From Eledone cirrhosa (taxonomy: Eukaryota): a stretch of DNA of 64,000 nucleotides. The stretch's first letter is position 1. Each line of letters begins with the position of its first letter. This document shows, in pieces, positions 43,405-58,095 of the stretch. The stretch is taken from positions 11,842,001-11,906,000 of the forward strand of contig OZ024742.1 of assembly GCA_964016885.1 (NCBI GenBank). Reading direction: 5' to 3'. Made by a program: the position numbers and the translations under genes. The notes under the pieces were generated by a model that saw only the letters and a list, made by a program, of their open reading frames with translations, was not told where the DNA came from and did not search any database.

Positions 43405-43690
43405 TAAATTGGTCGTCAGAACGTCAGCTAGGATGGTTTGCGATATTCGTTCCGTCTTTCTACTTTCTGAGTTCTAATCCCGTCGAGGTCAACTTTGTCC
43501 TTCATCATATACTGGTCAATAAAAAATACCATCTAGTACTAGGGTCGATTCTTCCTGTATACCTTTCGCTCACTCTATCCTTCTCTGACATCTGTCCGGG
43601 ATCGATCAAATAAAATACCAGTCAAATATTGGGGTTCGAAATAAACGACTTCACCTCCCTAGTATGTGTTGGTAAACCTCATTTGAAACA
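43405..43690 (+). mobile_element. Old SINE fragments
   Basis: CTGAGTTCTAATCCCGTCGAGGTCAACTTTGTCCTTCATC. Confidence 0.65.
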
Positions 43691-44807
43691 CATTTTAGAC
43701 GTGACTATACTACTACCTACTACTATTGCAACTACTACTACTACTGCTGCTGCTGCTACAAATACTACTACTTCGTATATTAAAATTATTATTTAATCAT
43801 ATTTCTTCTTCTTCTTCTTCTTCTTCTTCTCAGAAGATCCTGACATTCTTTACCAAGTTGAGACAAATCTGTAAAAGAAGAAAATGAAATAAAAAGTGAA
43901 ATAATATTGTGTTGACTACGAAGTAGTAGATGTATAACAAGATTTAGAAGTACTTTAATATGGAGGGAAATTGATTTAAATCGTCAAGTAAAACATAGGA
44001 ACAACCTTTCACCCTGTCACCCAATACAAAGGGAAAGGTATCAAATTAGTAGAGGCAGTGTTCTGTTGCATTAAAGCGTAATTGATTACATTTCAAAGAT
44101 CCGCATTTTTAGGAAAACGGTGGCAAAGCCGCGAGTGACTGGCGTTTCTTATTGCACATACAAGATCATGTAATCTTATTAAAAGTTGGAAAAACAATCA
44201 TTGAGAGGGTTATAAAAGTTGAAATCAGATTTCTTTCAGTATTTTGACCTATCTGTGACACACATTCTTATTTTATTTCTTTATATATACATATATTGGC
44301 TTTTTTCGCTTTCCATATTTTATTTTCTCGTTCGGAATGTTAAGAATATATATATAGTAAAAATATAAAAATATGAACAACAACCTAAAAGAAAAGTGGA
44401 AACCAAAAAACAAAAGAAAAAGAAATAGGATATGACAACACGTAGAAAGATCTAATACAAGAAAAAAAATGGAATCAGAAAGGTGAATGAAGAAAAAGAC
44501 AAAACAGAGAAAGAGAGATTAAAGGTAAGTACAGGGAAAGAATGAAATATATCTTAGAAAAGTAATTAAAAAATATATAATGAATAAAAAGACTACTAGT
44601 CATCTAATAATATACAGTGTTCGTGATTCGAAAAACTATTTTCTTTTTACATTTGTGAATAACTATGTGACAAAATTGTAACTAAATGAGAAAAAGTCAC
44701 CTGTGTTAATGCATGATACTATTTGGTGAAGTTCACTTTTACCTTATTTTTATTATATTTCTTTTCATAGCTTGCCTTATAATTTGTTTTAGATATTTCA
44801 ATTATAA

Positions 44808-44838
<31 letters not shown>

Positions 44839-44885
44839 TATATATACATACATACATATGTATGTATATGCATGTGCATATGTAT

Positions 44886-44947
<62 letters not shown>

Positions 44948-45049
44948 ATGTATATATATATATATACATATATATAAACTATAAACATACATATATGTAT
45001 ACATATACATACATATATGTATATACACACATACAGGCATACCTATTTA

Positions 45050-45097
<48 letters not shown>

Positions 45098-45504
45098 CCA
45101 TTATATATATAATACAGATATATATATATATATATATTAATGCATATGTGTGTAAGTGTGTGTATGTACTTTAGCATATTGTTGTTAGTATTTTCTCATA
45201 CTTTAGCTTCTGCATGTGATATCTCACCTCAGCCTTTAAATAATCACATCACTTTCCATCACTAATACCTGCAATATGTAACATTGCAGCATTTAGTGAC
45301 TTCTCACTTCTAGCTATATATTGGTTTAGCTTGGATTACAACCGTAAAAGAAACGAATGTGAATTCCTTTATAGTAACGATACTAGGTTAATGTTTAATC
45401 CATCTATAGGCAGCTTCACTCTTTCTCTCTCTCTCCCTCTCTCTCCCTCCCTCTCTCTCTCTCCCCCCTCTCTCTCTCCCTCTCCCCCTCTCTCTCTCTA
45501 TCTC

Positions 45505-45537
<33 letters not shown>

Positions 45538-45540
<3 letters not shown>

Positions 45541-45856
45541 AAAAAGTATGACCCCGACGGCTAGAGCTCAAGCCGTTTCGACGCCTATTTCTGGACTAAA
45601 TTAGAATTTTTAGCCTGGTGAATTTTTAGCCTTTGACAACTACAATCTTCCCATATAAGGAAGTACCCCCTTGAAAAGTTTGGCTATTTATTCACCAGGC
45701 TAAACATTCTAATTTAATCCAGAAATAGCCGTCGAAACGGCTTGAGCTCTGCCGTCGGAGTCATACTTTTTCCTATTACCCACTCTACTACACTAAGTAT
45801 TGAGTACTCTGGTACGTTATGGTCCATTTGGTTCCTTACCACAATTCCTTTGTTAT
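45538..45856 (+). mobile_element. Family A fold-back element, longest copy
   Basis: Inverted arm 45538-~45634 versus ~45680-45774; (TA)n flanks. Confidence 0.85.
45665..45761 (+). ncRNA. Type I hammerhead with full stem III (UUGAAAA core variant)
   Basis: accccc-TTGAAAA-gtttggctattt...aaatagccgtc-GAAA-cggc ttgagctct gccg-TC-ggagt (ggggt in sister copies). Confidence 0.7.
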
Positions 45857-46321
45857 ATATATATATATTAAAAAAAGCTTCGTGAGCCCCTTTTTTTAAG
45901 TAAAAAGTAATTCAAACACTCATATATGAAAAAACAACCTGAGCCCCTCCCCCCTTGTTTGAAGAACTTTGTAACGCGAACTGGCGCGAAATTTATTATA
46001 CTTATTGACCAACCAATCAAATTACTTCTCTAAGAACCTGGCGTTTCGGGCCACTTTTTTCCATATAAAACAAGTAACATTCAAAAACCAACCAGTTGTG
46101 AGAAAAACTACAGACACCACCATCTCAACTCTACTTTTGAAAAGCAGAAGAACTGCGAAACAAATAAATATATATATATTTTTTTAAATAAGACTCCAGT
46201 TGCATTTCCGATTTCATCTTTTTTTCTTTATACTTTCACTCGTGTAGGGCACCTCGGTTATTTTTCATTTTGTAAAAAAAACCTCACTTTCTAATACATA
46301 CCCACCACACGAAGACCGAAA

Positions 46322-49300
46322 ATGCCAATAAAGTCTCAACAAAACAACAACTCACTGAACCAGGACATCTTAAATGAACTCAAAGAGATTTCCTCAAAAC
46401 TCTCAATTTTGACCAACAAAGTGGACCAAATACACATCTATAAAAAAGGACCCTACAAAGAAACAGAAAATACCCAAGAGACGAATATAATTCAGCAATA
46501 ACTAAACTAATCGAAACCATTGGAACAGCAAGCTCCAAAAGCTGGAACAACCGTTAGAACCCAATTTACGAGATGTCCACTAAGTGAAAAACACCCTAAT
46601 CAATATATGGACTCAAAAGCTCACAGCCCGCAATTTCGCCTTTTGGAATCTCCTAAAAAATAATGGCAAGGCAGACATATACGAAAAGTGACTAAACTCT
46701 ACCCCAATCATCCTCCCCAAAAAACTCCAGATAAAACCCATCCCGAATGAACCAGAAAACCAACAAAGACTTAGGGAAAAGATGGCGTTAGAAAAATTTA
46801 AAATAGAAAGAGAACTCCAACGAAGAAACATTCAAGTCACTCGACCAACAGATGGTAACAGAAATATCAAAGCACTCTGAAGGCCTACTCTATGAAAAAA
46901 CCTTAAAACTTTGGAAAGAAAACTGTGAGGGTGAAGAACTAACATCCCTCCAGCGATGGGAAAAAAACGCCACCTGGTTCAACAACTACGAAATGGATTT
47001 CAAAAATGAACAACATACAGGTAACCCATTTTTAAAACAAACTAAAACTTACACACCACATGCACAACAAATAACAAAAAAAGTAACTAAACATGCACAA
47101 CAAATAACAAAAAGGTAACAAATCGTCCAACATACCCCCAACAAAACTATAACGATAATCCCAGAACCTATAGACAAAACTATAACCCTACTAACAAACA
47201 CCGAAGATCCCCCAATACAAGACAGGACCCGATCCGCAGATCATAACCCACACAAAACCTATTCCAAAACCGTAGACCCCTGCCCACACAGAGCCTGTTC
47301 CCATATCGTAGATCCCAACCCACACAAAGGAACAAAATCTACAACCCGGAATATCAACAAACCTAGCCTCAATACGTCCGAAACTTCTATACAATACCAC
47401 ACAACAACAGGGGAAATGCCATTAGATATAATAATACCATTGAAAAAACATTCCAGAAAAATCATTTTTTAGACCAAGGCTACGGATCCACGACACCCGG
47501 TGGCACAAACCGATTTTGAAAAACCGAAAATAATCAACCTTTCAAATACAAACCTCTCAGCCCAACAAGTAAAAATTCTCTCCAAAGGACTGAAATTCAC
47601 ACCAACACCATAATACTCTAAACTCAATGAGATAAATGACGATATCTCACACTTCTGTAGAAAATTACGCCTCACAGAGGAATTATTTGACAAGGAGAAT
47701 AACGACCAATCAACTGTACGGAATAAAAGCAGCTACAACCCAACAAAAGGTAGAAACAGAATTCTGGACAAATTTTGTGACCACATAGCCACTTTCCCAT
47801 ACCATGAAATACCGCAACCTAAACCCAAACCCAACACGAGTCGAAGGGAATGGGAGATTATCCATGAACTAAAAAACAATACGGACATTGTAATTAAGGA
47901 AGCGGACAAGGGAAGTACTGTTGTCATTATGGATGCTGAAAAATATAAAAATTCTATGCTCTCTCTCTCTTACAAAATACTAATTACTATGAAAGGGTAA
48001 AAAACTACCAGCAATCAAAAACAATGACCAGATTAAACACACTGATTTATCGATACCAGGAAGACCTAACTAAAAAGGAACGCGATTATTTAACAAATTT
48101 TGAATACAAAACCAGCAACCTTTACAGACTTCCGAAGATCCACAAGTGTAAAATAATTAACGATGCATGTAAACAATCCACTCAGCCTGCGTGAACACAC
48201 AATACCCCACAGACCTTAAATTAAGACCGATTGTAGCGGGCCCACAATGTGAAACACACAGACTGAGCAACTTTATAGACATACTACTAAAACCAATTCT
48301 CAAACACATACCAAGCCTTGTAAGAGACGATCTGGACCTCTTAAACCACCTCCCCAAACATGTCAACAACGATACTATTATTGTGTCTTTCGATGTAGTG
48401 AATCTCTACACAACGATCCCACACCAATACGGACTACAAGCAATAGGATTCTGGCTAAAGAAATATCCCAATGAGATACCTGACAGAATAGAAAAAAGCT
48501 TCATCACCGAGGGATTAAATTTATCTCACACAACAACTTTTTTTTATTTCGATGGCAGTACTTACAAGCAAATATCGGGGACTGCAATGGGTATAAAAGC
48601 CTCTCCGACTTAAGCCAACTTAGTCATGGCATACTTAGAAGTCCACAAATATTTATCAAAGGATTGGAAACGCTACTTGGATGATTGTCCCATTCTTTGG
48701 TCCCACACACTCGACCAACTGAATGATTTCAAAAATTTAATAAACGGCATCAATAACCACATCCAATTTACAATGGAATACAGCCAAGATCAAATCCCAT
48801 TTCTTGAAATCTTAATCTTAAAAAAAGACACAAATATTGAAACTGACATACAATACAAACCAACAAACAGATTCCAAACAATACCTGCTAGTCACCTCCA
48901 ACCATTCAAAGCACACGAAGACGAACATTCCTTTTAACCTAGCAAGAAGAATTTGCACAATTGTCTCCAATTATGAAACGCAAAATAAAAGACTTCAAGA
49001 ATTAAAGGAAATTCTACTCGAAAGACAGTACCCACCATTACTGATAAATAATGGAATAGAGAGGGCTAAAGTAATAGGCATTGATGAATTACGAAAACAA
49101 AAACAAATTCAAGGTACTTCCAATATTCTATCATATATCTCAACACACAACCCAAGAAATGCGGAAGGTTACAACATTATTCACAAGAACATCCCACTAC
49201 TGAAACAAGACCCAAGAATGAAAAAAGCCCTTGAAATACACAAAATAATCGAAAGCAAAAGACAACCGAAATCACTGAAAACATTACTCACCAATTCCAA

Positions 49301-49742
49301 ATTACCTACCACAAACCCACAACCAACTGTCAAAAAATGTGGTCGCTCTAATTGTGGAACCTGCACTCACCTCATTGAAGGCAACACGTATACATTTAAA
49401 TCAGGACAAAATTTTGCTGTAAAAAGTTACTTCACTTGCTCATCAAAAAATCTAATTTATGCCATTAAATGTAAAGGATGCAATGAAGATTATATAGGAC
49501 AAACTAAACTCACACTCAGAAATAGAATGACAGTTCATCGCCAACAATTACGAGATCCAACCACGAGACAGATACCACTAAGCGCTCATCTAGACATTTG
49601 CGCAAGTAATAAGACACCCAAATTCAAAGTCTTCCCATTTTACCTTTGCGCTGAGAATACAACTGAACAAATACGAATAAATAAGGAAAATATGTTTATT
49701 CAAAAATTAAATATGGTTTTATATACATTATTCAAATATTAA
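46322..49742 (+). pseudogene. Penelope RT-GIY-YIG polyprotein, multiple stops/frameshifts
   Basis: LSKGLKFTP, IVIKEADKG, LKLRPIV, SFDVVNLYTTIPH, GTAMG, KRYLDD, IPFNLARRI, CGRSNCGTC, NLIYAIKC..C...YIGQT. Confidence 0.9.
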
Positions 49743-49955
49743 ATATGGTTTTATATACATTATGTCAACACCATAACATGCTAACCATCCAAACAGACAC
49801 ATACACACACATATAACACCTTCTACTTTAGAAAATAAAAACCCGAACTAAATAAACCTTAACATACGTTTGCGCTGACAATACAACAGAACAAATACGA
49901 ATAAGTAAGGAAAATATGTTCATTCAAAAATATTCCTACTAACGGAATATTTTTC

Positions 49956-50008
<53 letters not shown>

Positions 50009-50957
50009 ATATATATTCTCTTCATCTTAACAAGCTAAACAAACTCCCACACACACATAACACCCATACACACACACATAACACCCCTCCCCCCACACAC
50101 ACAACTCCCTCCCCCATTTCTACTAATAGAATCACTTTCCTATACACACACACACACAAAATATATATATTCTCTCCATCTTAACATACTCCCACACACA
50201 CACACAAATAAACATACATATGTCTATTTTCTTTATTTCAATAGAAAATCTGAACTCTGACACCCCAGTGAACTAGCCATATTCACTGAATCAGAACAAT
50301 TCTCCCATCCCATTTCTTTTGACTATTATCTTTTGTTTGTCATAAAATTCTCTAAATGGCTACAAAAGGAATTCCCAAATACGGGCGCGGAACTTGTTCA
50401 CGTGACAGTCATAATTTCATTTATAACCAATCAAATTGCATTTTTAAAAAAAAGCCTTCGGGAGCCACTTTTTTTATTGTCATAAAATTCTGTAAAGGCT
50501 ACAAAATAAATTCCCAAATACGGGCGCGAAATTTTATTGAACTTGTTCACGTGACAGGAATAATTTCATTTATAATCAATCAAATTACATTTTTTTTAAA
50601 AATAGCCTTCGTGAGCCCCTTTTTTTAAGTAAAAAGTAATTCAAACACTCATATATGAAAAAACAACCTGAGCATACAACAGAACAAATACGAATAAATA
50701 AGGAAAATATGTTTATTCAAAAATATAAACCAGCATTAAATATGGTTTATATATGGTTTAATATACTTGTTTGAAGAACTTGTTTGAAGAACATTGTAAC
50801 GCGAACTGGCGCGAAATGTATTATACTTATTGACCAGCCAATCAAATTACTTCTCTAAAAACCTGGCGTTTCGAGCCACTTTTTTCCATATAAAACAAGT
50901 AACATTCAAAGACCAACCAGATGTGAGAAAAACCACAGACCCTGCAGCTCAACTCTA

Positions 50958-50993
50958 CTTTTGAAAAGCAGAAGAACTGCGAAACCGGTAAAG
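50958..50993 (+). ncRNA. Minimal hammerhead in 3' pLTR
   Basis: ctt-TTGAAAA-gcag aagaa ctgc-GAAA-ccgg-TA-aag. Confidence 0.75.
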
Positions 50994-51054
50994 GAACCAA
51001 ATAAATATATATATTTTTTTTAAATAATACTCCAGTTGCATTTTCGATTTCATC

Positions 51055-51115
<61 letters not shown>

Positions 51116-51573
51116 AGAATAGGATTGGCTGCGTAGTTGCTAGTTAGTGTAGCTTAAAATGAAATGAGAATAAGAAAGCAAGAAGAGGGGAGGGGGGATT
51201 TTTCCTCATCAGTTGTCTACTGGGAGTCTCGGATATTTCAACACTTTAAAGACAAGACATCTACCCCCAGAGCGTTCAATAACTGAGAAGACTGGTTACA
51301 GCGAAACAGTCTTCTCTCTCCTTCCGCTGTCACCAGTCTTCTCTCTCCTTCTACCTACCTATTTCGTTACTATCTACTCTTACCCCGCTTTCTTCCTCTC
51401 CCTTTCTCCCTCCCACTTTCATTCACCCTCTCTCTGCCAGCCATCTAACAGTCCTTTTCTCACCTACACTCGCTGGGGTCAGACGTGTCTTTTCGTTCGC
51501 CCACACACTCTTGAACTTAAGTTCTGTTATCGCTGTCTTCTTACCTTAAGTTGCTCGCTGATATTTCCACTGT

Positions 51574-52200
51574 GCAAACAATTTAAAAAAAACACATATA
51601 TATACATACTGCAAACAATTTAAAAAAAACATATATACATACTGCAAACAATTTAAAAAAAAAACATATATATATTGCAAACAATTAAAAAAAAAACATA
51701 AATATATATATTGCAAACAATTAAAAAAAACATATATACATATTGCAAACAATTAAAAAACACATATATATATATACATATTGCAAACAATTAAAAAACG
51801 CACATATATATACATACTGTAAACAATAAAAAAAAACATATATACATATTACAAACAATTAAAAAAACACATATATATACATACTGCAAACAATTAAAAA
51901 AAAACCTATATACATATTACAAACAATTAAAAAAACACATATATATACATATGGAAACAATTAAAAAAAACCTATATACATATTACAAACAATTAAAAAA
52001 ACAAACATATATACATACTGTAAACAATAAAAAAAAACATATACATATTGCAAACAATTAAAAAAACCGCACATATATATACATATTACAAACAATTAAA
52101 AAAACACATATATATATACATACTGTAAACAATTAAAAACGCACATATTGTTTGCAATTGTTTGCAATATATATATATACATATTGTAAACAATTGCAAA
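51574..52200. repeat. ~33-bp AT-rich minisatellite (GCAAACAATTAAAAAAAACATATATACATATT) with a short inverted end
   Basis: About 17 units; TTGTTTGCAATTGTTTGCAAT at ~52147. Confidence 0.9.
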
Positions 52201-52922
52201 CAATTTTTTACAAAACGCCCATATATATATCCATATACATCCTAACAACAGAATATCTCGTTGTTGTTTGCTTCCGGAATCTAAACAAATCTAAAGACAG
52301 TCTCGGCGTTGATATTTCCAGAGTTTCTCAGTTAATTGAAGTTTTCCCACTCGCTATATTTGGACTGGGATACCGTATTTGTATGTATACGATTCAGGCA
52401 AACGGTTTCTTCAGGCATCCTCGCCTCTAAACGTTATTGACATACGCAGACAGCATTTAATTCCTTTCCGGTTTCCTATATATATATATTTATATATTTA
52501 GGGTTATTTAAGTACATTCAAGTTGGCTAGAGATTAAGTTGCTGAGGATATCTAATAGTATTGAAATATATCTGTAGTATTACCAAGTAGACAAAATGAA
52601 AATACTGACTAAAGATAATACGGTCCACAGACCTCAATTAAAAGGATAAATCAAGATATACAAACCTACTATGAGGGGTTTACTGGTTGGAAAGATCCAT
52701 TGAAAAGCATCGAACCAGTAACTCTCCTCGCTGAATTACGAAACAGTTCTAATCTAAAGCTGTCTGGAAGTCTGATAGTTATCATAGTAGTTTATCCTTT
52801 TAATTGAGTTCTGTAAACCGTATTATCTTTAGTCGGTATTATCTTCACTCTGGCGGTTTCTGTTCCTTCTTATTTGAAAGCATATATATATATGTGTGTG
52901 TGTGTGTTCGTCTCTTTTACTG

Positions 52923-52987
<65 letters not shown>

Positions 52988-53552
52988 GAGAAGAATGAAG
53001 AATACTGCGTGGTTGCACATGGGTTACATATGATAAAAATAGTCCTTCGTCAGTGATTTTCCAACCATCATTGGTATTTCATCGCATTAAAAATCATATA
53101 CCTCAGGTTGGTGCGAGCAATAACTAAAAAAAGTTATTGGGACCAGTAAATCACGTAAAGCGAGGGGGACAAGTGAACAACATAGAAGGAAAAAAGCAAA
53201 CCAAAGAAAGGGAAAAAACAAGCAACATGGTAGTCCTGGTCAGCATAAAGTGGGTGGATTTCATGAGCGAAAGGTACAGACCGTCCGACGTGAGTGAGAT
53301 GTAAGCAAGAAGAGACCCACTGTAAGCCAAACGGGAGGAAGTGAGAAGGGGAGAAACAGAGAGTGAGTGAGTGGAAGTGCGAGGAAGCGGTCAGTCGAGA
53401 GAAAGTGTAACTGACAGAGGGGGCGAAAGAAGGTGAGAGAAACAGAGAGAACGGGGAAGCAGTAAGAGAGAAACAGACAAATGCAGCCGAGGTAAATATA
53501 TATAAAAAACATGAGAAGAAAGAAGAATACTGCGTGGTTGTATATATATATA

Positions 53553-53815
53553 TAACGAATGAAATGTGGTACGGAACCAGATGGACCATAACACACCAAA
53601 GTACTCAATACTTAGGGTAGTAGAGTGGGTAATAGGAACGAGTAGGACGCCGACGGCTGAGCTCACGCCGTTTCGACGGCTAATTCTTGACTAAATGCAA
53701 ATTTTTATCCTGGTAAAAATTACCAGCATAAAAATTTGCCAGGATAAAAATTTGCATTTAGTCCAGAATTAGCCGTCGAAACGGCTTGAGCTCAGCCGTC
53801 GGGGTCCTACTCGTT

Positions 53816-53818
<3 letters not shown>
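53553..53818 (-). mobile_element. Family A fold-back element, diverged copy 4
   Basis: Arms ~53631-53713/~53735-53819; homologous long tail. Confidence 0.8.
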
Positions 53819-53867
<49 letters not shown>

Positions 53868-54139
53868 TATATATTGAAGAAAGAGGTCATTTAAAAGAAA
53901 TCGGTAATAAAAATATGTATTTCAGTTCATCTCGTTGTATTGTAATCATTGTTATAAGTTTGTCGTTGAAATGAATGTAAGTGTTAGTCTTTGTGGTTAT
54001 ATAACTGACTGAAACTAAGAAATGAGGATGAAAAACTTGGAAGATGAACTTTGTATTAATAGAGGATTATATAATGACCTTGATATGATGTGTGTATTAG
54101 AGAGTATTATATAATAGAGTGAGGTTAGTTGACAGTTTC

Positions 54140-54176
<37 letters not shown>

Positions 54177-55084
54177 AGAGAGAGAGAGAGAGAGAGAAAC
54201 GAAGTGTATTAAAAAATAAAAAAAAAATGCATATGCAAAAATGGTTGGAATATCGAGAGAAAGAATAGAGGGGAAAGAATTTGGGGGAAAATAGGTGTGA
54301 AGTAGAATAAATAGATGTTTACGGTGAATGGAAATATAAAGAAATTCCTGGTAAAAAGTGAAATCATGATAATTGAAGAGAAGGCATAACATAGAAGAAT
54401 GAAATAAATTGTAAAGACAGGTGAGGTATATAATTACAATACGGCGAATCTTTGCTTAAATAAATATACAACAACAACAACAACAACAACATTTAAATGT
54501 TCACTAAATTCAGTAGACAAATCCACGCCCTGTTTCCATTATTGAGAAAAAGAGAACTTGAGAAAAAGAGACACGACAGCTTTCTAATAGGCTTCACTAT
54601 TATGTGAAATACATTTGAAAATCATTTAGCATTGAGAGAACCTATAGAACTTCAAAGAACTTCCATAAAATATCGAAGAATTCAAAGAAATTGTAAAACG
54701 ATCGAATAATTACTAAGAATTTCTTCATAGAATGTCGCGATGTATTCAGCCTCTAGGTAGGATAACGTATCTTTCGATAAACTTATTTTGGTGGTGATAT
54801 TCCCCCTCACTTGAACTAAGGACATTGACAGGATTTACCAATTCTATACTAGTTCATAGACAGTACTTTCCTCAAACAACAGAATAATGTTTGGCAAATT
54901 CTACCACTGACCACATTATTTTAAAATTGTGATAACTTTATTCTTACTTACCTCATAATCTTAAGTAGGACGTGATATAACTTTCCTCCAGATACATAAA
55001 ATAATATGTATATTTTATATCTGTTAAACTTAAACATGTTGGTTTGTTCCATTCTGTCTGGCTGCCATTTACACTATATAGCAA

Positions 55085-55230
55085 CACATTGCGGACAAAA
55101 CCGACCGGAAGGTGACCCAGGGAATGACCCCGAGTAAGATGGTTGGATAACATCTATGAGCTTGGCAGGTCTCGCCTGGGGACCCAGCCGAATAAGTTGG
55201 GGACTGTTACATCTGACAGGACCCATTTAG
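55085..55230 (+). mobile_element. Degenerate RTE-like LINE extreme C-terminal fragment
   Basis: KPTGR*PRE*PRVRWLDNI resembles G.R.RGRPR.RW.D. Confidence 0.55.
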
Positions 55231-56661
55231 TCTCTTAATACTAAATATTGTGTGGTATCTATGTATAACATGAAAGAAGTACTTGTGTAAGAAACTTAAT
55301 GATGCTTTGGCAATATTATCAGCTGACTTTTCTAAGGTGCAAATTAAATATTCGTTCACTCTGATAAAAAAAATATAGATGAACATAAATATTTCATGCT
55401 TCTAAGTAACTACATTACTAGCACACAGAGAAAACTATTAGCATTAACGTGTACGTCAATACTCATCCTTTTCCATTTTTAGAGTGTTTTAAACCCCACT
55501 ATCAGGCTAAATTTCTTTAGTCAAAAATACGGCGAAAGCTTCTATTTCTACTAAATTATAAATCGTATAATATTAATAAATATATTGAAATACTAGCAAA
55601 TAAAGAACAATATACGGCCGAAGAGGAATAAGAACGTTCTAATCCTCCATTGGTATTACGTCAAACCCATGGCTTTCCCTTACCTCATCCACCGAAGATC
55701 AGCAGTTTCTGATACTATAAACATCTACATCTTGATGTTCGTTGATGCTAGCCACAGGGCAGAACTAGCCTAGAGATTTAGAAAGGCTTTAGATTAACTA
55801 AAATTTAAAATTAAGATAATGGAAAAGCTATGAATTCTCATAAATGTCCTGATCAGCAAAGCTTACAATTTAAGAAACTCTTCTGTACTGTTATTGTCCG
55901 CAAAGTAAGCTCACAGCCAAACTTTCAAATTAGAAATGTAATTTAAAGCATAAGATATTTAGGAAATAGAAGACTCAGCATAACAGAGAGAGAAAGAAGA
56001 GGGAGAGAGAGAGGGAGATAGAAAGGAAGAGAGAGAAAGAGAGATCAGTTTGACATATGTTTATTACATTACACGTGTTTCGCCAGTGATCAGACTCAAG
56101 GCTGTTCTCATTTACATAACATTATACAATAGCACAGTACAACTCATTGAATCATTTGATCTGTGATTTAAAGGTAGAAAATAACATTGACATACATTAA
56201 GTATCTATCAATCAGATTGTTGAGTTAATTGACCCTGAAATCGGAGGCTAATGGTTCCATAAATACGTGTCAAGACCTGACATTCTTTGATAGAAGCTAA
56301 ACAGTTCTGTCTGTTTATATACAGACTCCCAGTTTTCTAGCAATTCCAATGTGTTGATCTTTACAACAGCCCAGGAGATTAACTGATCTGTGAATGGAGT
56401 AGATTCTACACGCTTGTACAGTCAACATCTTTCAAGAATATGTCATTCACACCTACCTACAATAACACTCAAGTAATTGATCATCTTGTGAAGCACGTGC
56501 AATAATCAGAATACAACACGCACGCACATGTACACACTTGTAAATATGCAAACATATATACATGCACATATACATATATATGACACACACACACTTATGT
56601 ATATATGTGTTTATTTTTATATAGATATATGAATCTCTCTCTATATATATATGTGTGTGTG

Positions 56662-56695
<34 letters not shown>

Positions 56696-56774
56696 ATGAA
56701 AAATTGAACAGGGAAAGAACAGAGAGGCAGTACGACAAATGTTTATTAAATTCACGCTCAGGAGAGTGGGGGGT

Positions 56775-56822
<48 letters not shown>

Positions 56823-57739
56823 ATATATATACACATATACATACATATACATATATATATATCCCTAGAAACGGAACTCGTTTCCATTAAATTTCATATA
56901 GATATATCCATGCAATCACGCACACATACACACACATACACACCACACACATTTATATACACACCACACACATATATACATGCTCTCTTTCTTTCACACA
57001 TAATTTAATCAGGTTTTACAATACATATACGTATTTGTACAAGTGGTTGTGAGACAGTCACGTGATGACTTACTGCAATAAGACTGCCACGAAATAAAAC
57101 AAAAATACAAATATATATAAAGATATAAAAAAGTTGCAACAAGAAAATAAAACAAATCTATAAGGACACAGCTAATTAATAAGTGATCCGTTGTTATTGA
57201 TTCCTGTTGGCTGTTAGCCTTCTTACAGGCTATCAATACATAGATCAATAGAATCTGGTCACTTATCAGTTATGTATTGCACGCAATCAATAACCTCTTC
57301 TCCCCGACTCACACACCATTTCCTCTTCTCACCAATCGGATCAATCGATTTCTTCATTATTTCCTCTTAAGGTTCCATTCTTTCAGGCCTTTCATCTTTA
57401 GCCGACAATTTCCCAAATCGAATTTCTCTCTACTGTAATACTACTGTTATTTGATTAGCGTTCTACCGTTTATTGTTATTGTTGTTGTTGTTGTTATTGT
57501 TGTTGTTGTTGTTATTGTTGTTATTCCAGAAATCCTTATCATTAATATTGTTGCTATTGTTTTTGTTGTTGATACTAGTGTTAATATTATTATTATTACT
57601 AGATCGATATATTAAAGTACCATTTCATATCAGGGGTCGATACAATCGACCCCTCTCACACACACATACACATACACACTAAATTGCTGGCCTTGTAAGT
57701 TAATTTAGAAACCAATATTACAATCAAGACTTCCAACAA

Positions 57740-58095
57740 AATACTTTCTGGTATTCAGTTTCGGGTGTTTAAGTTCTGAGTTCGTATTAGGCCGAGGACA
57801 AGATTGTCTTTCATCTTTCCGGGGCCGATAATATAATGTACCAGTGAAATACTGGGGTGAATATAATTAACTTTCCTCTCTCTCTGAATTGCTGGCTTTC
57901 TTCCTTAAATTAGTAACGATTGTTGATCACGATAGACTGGCTGAATGCTGTCACCGTCGCTCAATATATTTTACGACACAAGTCACAGCTATTTACGTTC
58001 CTGTTTCAAATACACTGAGGTTTACTTTGTCTTTCATCCTTCGGGGGTTGAGAGAATAAAGTACCAGTCATATAATGGGGTCGATGTAATTAACC
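57740..58095 (+). mobile_element. Two old SINE copies
   Basis: GTCTTTCATC..CGGGG...AATAAAGTACCAG cores at ~57805 and ~58030. Confidence 0.65.

Larger units (their letters stand above)
45877..51059 (+). mobile_element. Full-length decayed Penelope element with direct pLTRs (45877-~46225, 50606-51059)
   Basis: Direct terminal repeats; RT and GIY-YIG between them; (TA)n at both ends. Confidence 0.92.
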
